The notes under the pieces were generated by a model that was given only the letters and a program-made list of their open reading frames with translations, ran no database searches and had not been told where the DNA came from. Made by a program: the position numbers and the translations under genes. Shown here one piece after another: positions 38,686 through 49,488 of a stretch of DNA of 64,000 bases (positions are counted from its first letter, which is position 1; each line of letters opens with the position of its first letter). The stretch is from Phallusia mammillata (Eukaryota), in assembly GCA_965637545.1 (NCBI GenBank), contig OZ281497.1:15624001-15688000 (forward strand), in the 5' to 3' direction.

Positions 38686-41600
38686 TCAGCACAACCAGTT
38701 GAGCATTCTTGTGGTAAACATATCGGCTTTGCAGTTTGCCACTCGCCTGTAGACGACCTGCTTTTGCGTGTGACTGCAACATCGCACGTAGAAGAGCTTA
38801 TTGTGAACACAACCCGTCGAGAAGGTTTGCTGTTGTCGGAGGTTGTTTGTAAATTTGTGTGACGGATTTTTGCATGCATCTGTTGAGCAAAAATAAACGA
38901 ATATGTAAACGTCAGACAGAGTGAATCATGATTGTCAAGTTATCTAAACAAAAGTGGCTACAAACCGATATGTAAAATAAAAAAGTTTTAAAGTTTTTGC
39001 TTACCGCATCGTCCTGGAAGAATAGAAAAGTCGTCAATGGCAATATCACTCTTGAAATTTGATCCAACAATGCCGTCAACGCGGAAAGCAACGTCCTAAA
39101 CAAAAAAATACGTTTTTAATCACGCAACCAACCCTTGTTGTTTTATTGCATATGAAATATATTTGCGACAAATTTCTATATTTTAGACTACTTTTAACTT
39201 TCCAAATACTTGACGTTAACTTACCACTGCATCATTGCGAGGAGTGTAGTCAACTTGCAAGAGTTGCCACGAGTTTCCTTGGTCGCCCTGCTTCCTTGCA
39301 ATGTGAGACAACAGGCTTCGTCCGTTGGTCAACTTCTGTAGAGTTTTTACATCCAGTCGACCAGTATGAGTTCCATACATGTGGTAGTACATGCTTGCGC
39401 AATACGGTGTTGGGTGCATCTTGTACGTTTGCAACATCGCTACATCGTTGGGAGCGCGTGGTTTGGATGCTTCGATGTAGACGTAAAAACCTGCAGGCAA
39501 AACCAATTCGGTCAACTTTCTTTTCAAACCGTAATTCATTTATTAAATTTCTGGGTCAATGCATCCATATATTAAAGTGAAATTTAGATACAAATTCAAC
39601 AACATGTTTTCAAAAAAATATAAGATAAATACACACCTCCACCACTAGTGTGGTCACTGCTCGGTCCAGTTTCTCTGCTTGGTGTCCTGCCAGAAATTCG
39701 TCTCCAGTCAAATCGGTCTTGCCTCACAAGCTGTTTAAGTCCACACAAGCTTTGGTCCGACTGGTCTTGCGGGGAATTGAATTCGCCCAAGTCCCGCGAT
39801 TTATCAACCGCTGTTGGGGACGATGATTTTCGCGATGGGACAGTGCGTCTTTGAGCGCCCTCAAACGTACACACTGCAAGTACGGAGGTATGTAAATTGG
39901 TTTGCTCATGTAAGGAGGTAATATAGTGGGTGTCTGTACTCACTTGACATTCCAACGCCCAAATTTGGATCAAAAACTGGCCCTGCTGGTGTAGTTGTAG
40001 GTCGAGCTGTAGTGGTTGTTGGCTTTCTTGTCGTCTTCACTCGGGGAGCTGCTGTTGCTAAAACTCCGTTTCTGTTACACTTGTTTTGGAGGTCTGCAAA
40101 GTGGACGATCCTTTTTTTAAATTTTGTCTTCCCCCTTTATTAGACAATTAATCCGCAACTTACCGCATGGTCCTTCAGAAGTACAGACATCGTCAATTGC
40201 CAGATCACTTCTAAACGTCAAGCCTCTTGTTCCGATAAACTGCAAGTTAACAGATCCACCAACGTACTGCTGGTCCTGGTCAATTTCTACCCGACCCATA
40301 ATCCATTTTGATCCCTGAGCCTTCTCTTTCTTGAAAACGCTTCTTTTCACGGATTTTGCACCTCCTGATTTGCGAGCACTGCAATCAAGGTGTCAAACAT
40401 TTATTTTCTAAATCTTATTTTATTTTCTAAACCAAACAATGTCAATTTAATGTAAGTATTCACAAACCTTGCTGGCAGACCAAATTCGGCAAACAGCTCC
40501 AAATCTCCGATTCCACCACCGAACATGTGATACCAGAACGTAACACATCTCTTTGGTGCACTCACTGACAAAGTTGGCAGTTTTATGCCCGCTGTGTCAC
40601 CATTGCGCCTTGGAGTGCTTCCTTCGATGTATATGTAGTATCCGCTGTCTGTTTGATAAAATACATACATTAATAATTCATTGTGAACCAGAGTTGCGTA
40701 TAAATTGTTTGATTTGGACTTACTGGTTTGCTTGGTGTGGTCGGTATTGGGGCCGGTGTTTGAGCTTGGTGTCCTTGCGTTGCGGCGAATCCAGTCAAAG
40801 TTGTCGTTTTTTGATTGAGTCATGCCGCATAACACACCTCTTTCAAAGTTACACGCGAAATCTGTGAATTGTAAGTTATAAAAGTTAGCGCTGAAGTATA
40901 GTTAACGTTTCATAAACATCAATCTTGTTTTAGCTTTGCTTACCTGTCGGATAGAGAAGCTGAACAGACACTGGTTTGGTTGGTGGTTTTGTTGTCGTGA
41001 GTTTCTGTGTAGTTGTAGTTGGTCTTTGTGTTGTGGTTGTGGTCGTTGTCGTTGGTTTTTTGGTTGTAGTTGTGGTTGTGGTTGTTGTCGTTGGTTTCAC
41101 TGTTGTAGTTGTGGTTGTTGTCGTTGGTTTCACTGTTGTAGTTGTCGTTGTTGTCGTTGGTTTTATTGTTGTAGTTGTGGTCGTTGGTTTCACTGTTGTA
41201 GTTGTGGTTGTGGTCGTTGGTTTCACTGTTGTAGTTGTAGTCGTTGTCGTTGGCTTTTGGGTTGTAGTTGTGGTGGTCGTCGTTGGTTTTTCTGTTGTAG
41301 TTGGTTTTTCCGTTGTAGTTGTGGTTGTTGTTGTTGTTGTTGTTGGTTTAGGAGTCGTTGTTGTAGGAGTCGTTGTAGGTGTTGTAGTTGTCGTTGTTGT
41401 AGTGGGAGCTGTTGTTGTTGTTGAAATTGTAGTTGTCGGGGCTTTAGTAGTAGTGCCGCTGCAGGATCCTGGTGTGACGGAGAAATCGTCGATGGCGACA
41501 TCGCTGGTAAATGTAGGTCCAACTTTTCCTTGTATTATGAAAGCTACAGATCGAGCGGTAGGAATGGAAGTAAAGTCAAATTTCCCTTGGAACCAATTCT

Positions 41601-44600
41601 TTCCCTGATCACCGGTAACACTCCAGCGCAACGTTGGTTTTGATCCCCCTACCTTGTCAGGGATATCTTCCAAAGAGTACATCTGGAAACAAAAATTTTG
41701 GTCATATTTTAATTCCATATGTGTCACCCAAACGATCCAAGGTTTGACAAATAGTAAAACAAACAACTCACCAATAAACCTCCCATGCCAGATCCTTGCA
41801 TGTGGGCGTAGAAACGCACGCAATAGGGGCCGGGCACAAACTTTGGTGTCATAAGTTCAGCAACCTGGTTTGGAATTCGGTCTGGGCCTGAAGTTTCAAT
41901 GTACAGATAAACTCCGTCTTCTCTTCCCTGTTGATATAATGACAAACGTTTTAAAATTGTTTTTGAAAGGCAACTTAACCGAGTTGTTATCATGTCTTAC
42001 CAAAGTGTGATCGTACTTCGGTCCGGTGCCAGAGCTTGGTGTTCTGCTGCTATGAGGCGTCCAGTCAAAGTTATCAGTCTTCACTTGTCTGATACCACAC
42101 AGCTTTCCAGAACCTTCAAAGGTACACTTAAGCTTCTTGAGAAGTACAGGTCGAACAGCTGTGACCACGGGAGAACCTTAAAGAAAAATAATCCGTTAGT
42201 TTTCTGTTTTGCATTTTAATGTTTCAGGCTTTGTAGAAGATACTTACTGCAAGGGCCGTCCGTGATGTAAATGTCATCAAGAGCAATGTCCCCAGCGTAA
42301 CCGCCGCCTGTTGTGCCTTCGATAACAACACGAACACCTTGATAGTTAAGCGCTGATTGATCTGCCAACATCGCTGAATCTGCAAACACAGGGAAACGCA
42401 TAAAAATCGCGCTCAACATCTACAGGCGAACCATATAGAAACGCTTGCTTACCGTGAGCCAATCCTTTTTGTGGAGCACCTTCAATTGGAAGTTCGCCCT
42501 AAAAAGATCACTGTTTGTTAGTTTCAAATATAACAAACTACTGATGTTATGAAATATATGTAAGTGTAAATTAAGTGCAATTAATATTGTTACTAATATG
42601 AAAACGGGTAATTACATCGAAAGGCTGTTCGTCCTCCTCGTTTGATCCCTTTCTTCCAGGCAACTTGTCAAATTCCTGTGATTAAAAAAGTAATGATAAA
42701 AAAGATAGATTTTACAACTTTAACAACTTTATGCACTGGCAAAAGATGCTAAGTTAAACAAACCTCATTTAGTCTGTCGGAGCGACGGGCTGACTTTTTC
42801 ACTTCAAGGGTGTTTACCTCCGCAGTGACATAACGCCATTCGTTGCCTTGGTTGCCGTTCATTTCAATAAGGGTCTTCGAAACCGAATTCACGACTTGGG
42901 AAATCTGCGTGACAAAAGAAAGTTAAATCGATTTGTAATTTAAAACTTGTTGGACCAAATAGCTAACCCAGTTCATACTCACTCTGAGGTTTCCGATTTG
43001 TTTTCCGTACATGTGATACCATCCCTGGAAGCAGTGAATCGTGGGGGTAAGAGCAGGTGAAACAAGACGTGCCACGTGACCGTTTCTTCGTGGAGACGAT
43101 GCCTCGATGTAAATATATTTTCCTGAAAAATGTGCATTGTCAGCGCTTGGTAACACTATATAATCCCAATGTATGAAATTGAATTGTTGTATTTAGGTTA
43201 TAAGTTTTGTCTGTGGTTGGTATTGCTTACCAGAACCGGTAGTGTGGTCTTGCGATGGTCCGGTCGAATGGCTTGGAGTCTTTCCACTCTTCAGTTGCCA
43301 ATCAAATATGTCCCTCTTGGATTGCATCCAGGGGCCCAAACCGTCCTCAAATGTACAATTCACTTCTAAAGAAAATAACACAATCCGCAATCAAAACATG
43401 CCCTGTGGAATATTGGTACCGTTTTTTTTTTTCAAAACATCACGTACCAGAAAACAATGGCGCTTTAGTTGAAACTGTTGTTGTGGTTGTCGTAGTTGGC
43501 CTCGTTGTAACCCGTCGTGTTGTGGTTGGGGGTCGTGGTGGTGCAGTGGTTGTAGTTAATGGTGTTGTAAGCTCGTTCTTGGTAGTCCAGCTAATAATAT
43601 TGGACACAGTAGTGGAGGCGCAAGATCCCGCAGAAATAATAATATCGTCGATGGCTGCGTCCGATTGATAGAAGTTGACGTAAACTTCCCAGTAAAATTG
43701 CACAGCCTTTAGAAGTAAACATTGGGTATAAGTTAACAGGCATTGAACTTAATATATGCATGATTCATGATTTTTTTAATTTACCTGAACAGTACGGCGT
43801 GGTCTGTAGGTAAAATCAGCGGTTTTCCATGGGCGGCCCTGATCGCCTATTTTCTCCCACAAGAGAACTTCGTGTCCGTATCTGTCGGTGCTTCTGATCA
43901 GATAAAAGAAAGAATGAAGCCTCAACTCTGGCGCTTTGCCTCAAGCAATTTATTTTTACGATCCTGGCTTAACTTACCGTTTCTCGAAGGCGTAAAGGCG
44001 AAGACTGCCCATTAATCGACCGTACATGTTATAAGCGAAGGAAACACAACGAGTGCTTCGGCTCATCCACGGCGTACGAATTACTGCGTTGTCACCTGGT
44101 CCGGCGGGGTCTGAAGCCTCAACGTACATGTAAAAACCTGTTTGAAAAAACATTGATAAAAAACTGCCCGATTTAATTATTGTATTGTTTTCATATAAAG
44201 GTGTTTATCGTACCATTTCCTGTTGTGTGGTCTCCAACGGGGCCGGTGTAGCGACTCGGTGTGCTACCAGACTGTCTGTCCCAGTCGAGCTCGTCCAAAG
44301 TGTCCTGGGTCATGCCACAAGTCCCACTATCGAAGTTGCAACGAAATCCGTTAACGGTGTTGGTGATTGGCGGCAGGGTCGGGGTCACGGTAGCAGCTGG
44401 AACGCGTCCTGGTCTACGCACTGCACAGAAATTTCTTTAGTACTACTTTTAATCGACAGTAGCCAGCAATACGCTAACGAAACGTACCTTCAGTAAATGT
44501 TGCACGGAATCCCTTCATAGATTCACGTCGGGTGTCGGAACTGAAGATAATAAACATGCTGCGCTTGGTGCCAGTAACCTACAGGCAAAAATGTCAAACA

Positions 44601-47600
44601 GATGATTAATTACAAAACACCCGAATGCTAGACTTGCAATTATGACAGCCTAACACCAACCGTGATATCTTTGCTTTGGGATCCGCAAATCGTCTTTAGC
44701 ACAGAAGCGGCGGCGTTGATTCCGTCGTGAACCAGAATTGCGTCTTGTTGACAAAGTGGAGAGTCTTAATAGAGACATCGTGTTAGTTCACTGTGCCTCT
44801 CTGACGCAATTGCTGTCATTAAGGAGGGCATGATTACCTTTGATATCGATGTTTTTAAACGTCACGCTAACGTAGAATCCCGGTCGGACTGTGATATTCC
44901 ATGTGCAGTGCGCCTCTAGCGGATATGTGGCCGGGTATGAAGGACTGTTGAAGGAACCGCTGGCTTGGTTGATGTAATCGCGTCCACACCGCTTGTAGGT
45001 GCCAGGTGCTGTAAAGTAATGTAAGGTTTACGAATTCTGCCCGCAAATTGCTCGTTCTCGGTGTAAGACGCAAACACACTTTAAGTCGATTTGGTTGCTT
45101 CGGGATACGGGTGACTCACAGATGAAAAGATTGCATTACAATAAGTGTATCGGGCGATTAAATTTTCTTACCGCAATTGTAGAGGTATTTAATCTCCTCG
45201 ATGTCGTAAGGGCTCATCCTCTCCCGCTGGCCAATGTACGGTTCTGGTTTTCTCTTAGGGAGAATCTGGAATACGATTAGAAATCAATATGGTTAGATCG
45301 CGTGCTTCGGGTAAGGGGCGATGCCAGGGGCAAAAGTTAAATCATGACTCATTTGCGTGGGAAATTCGATTGAGTTGGCGATTGAGCGACAAGCGGACGC
45401 TTGACGTGCAAGCAAACTATTTCATATATCCCATTTTTATGCATACTCATCACTTGAATCATTTGGATTTGGAATAATTCCTAATCACAAATGGAAATGA
45501 TCAATACCAACCTGAATTGATGGCAGATAAGGCTGTTTTGAAAAGGCAGTTTTTCCGTAGTGCATCACGCTGTTGTAATCGTACACCACCAAGTTGATCG
45601 TGTCGTTGTACTTTGCAAAGTTCAGCGCCATGTCTGCAGATCAAAAAGACGGAATTTAGCATAACCTTAACACTATTAAGTTAATGCCTATGGGCTTGTG
45701 TGGCATTAGGATGATTTTGGTCGTTACCGTTCTGGATGTTGTGATTAACGATCTTGACGTGCTTGTCACGGTCGCTTCTGGAATGTTCGTGTTGAAATCC
45801 TACAACGTGCATGAATTCGTGTGCAGCTATGCCCTTTGATACACAGCCGGGAATTCCAAGTGACACTGTTTGCTCGGTGAGACCAGTTTTTCCAACGTAA
45901 GCCCAACATCTGCATAAAACGACATTTAGCGAATCGTTTTACATTAACGTACATATGTCCGTTGTAAGAGCTTCAACTCACCCCTTGCCGTCTTTTATGG
46001 CGATGTAACGATAGTCAGTGGATGTCCTTGGTAGAAAACGAATACAGGTGTGGTCAGCGTAGACTTTCATGGCACTTTTGATTACTGCCAATTGAGTGCG
46101 GTCTGTAAAAATCGTGTTTTTTTAATCTTGACTGTGGTTGAGGGTACTTGAAAACCTGTAGCAAAACTTACTGTATCTTGAAGAAATCTTGTATGGAATG
46201 CGGACAAGTCCTCGGTAACGGCCGTGTTTGTCCTTTGGCCACTTGTCGCTGCTTGCTGCGTTTCTCGTCTTCAAAAACAAGTCGTTATTTAGTAGGTTGC
46301 ATAACCCTTGGCTTCGGGCCGTGAGTTCGCCGGCAAAAATTGCAGCAGGGACAAGAGAGCGGAAATATCAAACCAAAAACGGCAAATGCGTGCGACCAGA
46401 CGTTTAACATAACTTTTCCTGTACCTAGCATTTCACGAACAAATGTTCACAAGCCAAAAACGCTCCGGAAGCAACAGCTAGCTCCAGATTCGATTCACAA
46501 AAAATGAGCTGAAAACTTCTTTTTAGCATATATCGGCATTTTGCACTGAAATGATTCGAAGAACTTACCCTACCGAATTTCATGTCGCCCTCTACTGTTC
46601 CAGTAACACCAACATCTGTACAGAGAAATACCTGACATTAAATACTTTACCAACAAACGGTAAAAATGTGCCAAAAAAATACGATCACCAAATTGGTAAC
46701 AGCCCCGGTGAAGTGATAATAAACTGTCAGGAATCTTACACTGAGGACTCGTTAAGGCGTTGTGCGTCACGTTTAAGTAAAACCGGTGGTAATCAGCGAA
46801 AAATAATTTTTCCCTGACGAACAATTTGCCTTGCCACTTACGGTTGTTAATTCCCATGATTTGAGCAAAACCGTGAATCTCTTTTTCCTTCTTTATCCTG
46901 GCGATTTCTTCAAAGTAAGTTGGGTCGATTCCTGTCGGAGTATCAGTTGAGCCGACTTCTGATTTCACTTGTGTCTCTCCCGAGGTAAAGTTGACGATTG
47001 CACTGCAAAACCGATAAATCTGCTTATGACCATCTATGACAGTTTGCGTATGTTGTCACAAACATTTCAAACCAAAAATTAACTCATTTGCGGTTAAATT
47101 AATAGTTTAGAATAGTAAAGAGGCGTTAGACGAATTAGGAAATGAAATATTCTCCAATCTTGCTAATCCGTCGCGTGTTATTTGCTCTCGGTCAAAATCA
47201 GACATGTCTCGAAAATAACCGCTGGGCAAAAAAACAAAACTATTGTGGTCGCTCAAGGAATGTGAGATTGTAAGAAACATTGTCTTAAGCTCCTTTTCTC
47301 ATTCGGGGTTGAAGTCAGATGCGGAAATTTCTAATCTTGCAGTTATGAGAAGGTATAAGATGCAGTGACACATGACAGATTAGAACGATATTTGAACTTT
47401 CTCGAAACTTGTGCCTTGACGCAGCATTTTTAAACAAAATCATAATCTTAACGTGATATTTCATTGTCTTCGTCCACCATAATCCCATCCGTAAGCGTGT
47501 TGATATTTTTGTGCGTATTATATTCGAAATCAAATCGCCTTATCATATGCCGAGGCCCGACTAAAAATACCGAATCTGCGGATTAAACTGACACGATTTT

Positions 47601-49488
47601 GAGGCGTTGCAAAAACGCAAACACGTCTTTAGTTTCCATAACCGCGCATTTTATAGCTCACCTCGAAAATTCGTCATCGGTCGTGGGAGGAGGTGGTACA
47701 ATATCATCAGGTGTTGTTGGGGGTGATGACCCGGTGCTTGCAACAACAGTTGGAGATTCAATAGAAGATTTTTTCAGCAATTTGCCTAAAGACTGGAGAT
47801 ACGAGATGTGGCCAGGTTTAATAACAATTGCTTCTAGATCGGGATTGCTTGAAGAAGTCACTGAGCGGCGTTCCCGTTCCACAATACTTCTGCATAATCC
47901 TGGAAATTGTAAAAAAAATATTCATATTTAAGTGTTGACCTTATATACTGGTTTGGCAACATAAAATTTTGTGTGGTGCATAATTGCACACGTTTCTTAG
48001 TAGTGTGTAATTACGTGGTGTTTCAAAATGCAGACGTGCTTTCTTGGTTAACCAAAACAATGCGGTTGTACAGACTGAATTCGAGTGAAAAAACTTGCTT
48101 TTTGGGTGCCTGTCAAAAAAAAACTAGTTTTTATGGTCATAATGATTGTTCCGGTTCGTCAGAAATGACACACGTAATTCGGAGAACGGGAAATCTGTAC
48201 GGCTTAATATTTTGGCTGTCAGTCCAATGATATAAGAGGTTGAACAGGTTCCAGATCTACCCAGGCTGACGCAAACCATTATAATAAGAGGTGGATAATT
48301 TTCTGATTTTGAACATTTTACATCGCGCTAAAGCCAAACCGTGCGTTGTTATCTCACTCAATTACGTGGTATCAGCAATGTGCCGGTCAAACTTTCCTGA
48401 ATGGCGCCAAACGTTATACGTAATAGAATATTTCTTTGAAAAATTTCAGATTTTTGGGGTCAAGAATATATCTCGTACGTAGTTTTGTTATGACCATGTT
48501 GTGAATCATTTCAATGGAACTGTGCATACCGCGTCCTTTCTATTTAGCTATGTCCGGTTTACATCGAACCAAACAAGCGATTGCGTCATTAGTGACCGTT
48601 AGGCGCGCTAGTAGTCATCACGTTTTCCCCTCCTTCGTGCTGTTAGAATTTTTCCTTTGTTACAAATCTTTAGAAACGTGGAGAATCCCTACAGACAGCG
48701 CTCGTTACACAGGCCACATATTAATGCGTCTGCGATTGACTTCTTATTTCCTCTCGACCACTAAAGCGCGTCCGTCGCCAGAGAGCAGCGAATACTGCGC
48801 CCAAGTGCCCGCCACTTTGTTATAGATCATACGACTGTTTGTACTGAAACACATGAAACAAGTTTCAAGCGATGTTGAGATGTCAGGCCTATAATTTGTG
48901 CTCCACAATGCAGGGCAACAAGTGCCGCAGTTCAAGAAGCGCCTTGAGCTCCAGACGCGACAACAATTTCGGAACCGGGTTAATTACCCACATTGGGCTG
49001 CATATCTTATAAAAGTTTTTCAGAATTGTTAATAACAAGCGCCGCCAAATTACAAGCAATTATAAATTCTCGGCGCAAGTTTGTTTTTGTTTCTCGGAAT
49101 CGGAATGTCCAGTCATGAGTCAAAAGTCTTGTCAACGTCCGTCGGCATCAAAATCAAATATACTTTGCGGGACAATTAGCAGCGACAGCCAAAATAGACG
49201 GCCCTCGACACGTTGCCTGTTGGGCGTGCACGGGTCAGCTCGAATCTATTCAGTGTTGTTGATATGAAATGGCAACACAAATATACAGTGAAATAGCGGG
49301 AGGTGGCGCACCTCTAGATTAAAAGCTTATGCCATTCACTGCCGGGCATCGTAATCTCATTTTCCGCGCAGATCAGGTACTTTTTCAATGCGGGCATTCG
49401 TTAAGTCGTAAATAAACTGTCACAAACCTGAATTCAATGCCGTCAAAATTAAAAAGACGGCGCACAGCCGCGTTGTTGAAGGTGTCAT
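38686..49488 (-). CDS. Secreted astacin (M12A) metalloprotease: signal-pro-astacin-CUB-MAM x5 with Thr/Pro linkers and a Cys-rich tail, ~33 exons
   Basis: Signal exon 49488-49428 ([20 protein letters not shown]|GLCRS), furin-like RERRS, pro-motif [24 protein letters not shown] and Met-turn [12 protein letters not shown]: [15 protein letters not shown]...CTWNI. Five MAM repeats each read C.F...W.R.SG.TPS..TGP..DHT...Y.E.S...C..F.YHM.G...W...D.AIDD....G.C. One junction in the pro/mature region (46.2-46.6 kb) is unresolved. Confidence 0.92.
40976..41455 (-). repeat. Coding minisatellite giving a Thr/Pro/Lys mucin-like linker (~10 units of KPT5-9V)
   Basis: Imperfect ~24-39-nt tandem units (aaaccaacgacaacaaccacaactacaacagtg) within the exon translated in ORF 40930..41823. 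Confidence 0.92.
45765..45821 (-). other. Astacin zinc-binding signature HExxHxxGFxHExxRxDRD (intact)
   Basis: Translates [19 protein letters not shown] with all three His ligands and the catalytic Glu present. Confidence 0.95.

Noticed and set aside
38351-38879. Alternative frames over the last protease exon (130 aa with a sushi-like [10 protein letters not shown] and hydrophobic tail; 143 aa; 105 aa on the plus strand)
   Set aside because: The upstream donor is phase 1, which selects the DACKNP frame. The phase-0 frame would need skipping of the exon that completes MAM5, and the hydrophobic tails come from a T-rich 3' UTR tract.
40936-41608. Plus-strand ORFs encoding a Cys-rich repeat ([11 protein letters not shown]) and a poly-Val protein
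   Set aside because: These are antisense shadows of the Thr-codon (ACN) minisatellite in the protease exon. Such repeats lack stops in several frames.
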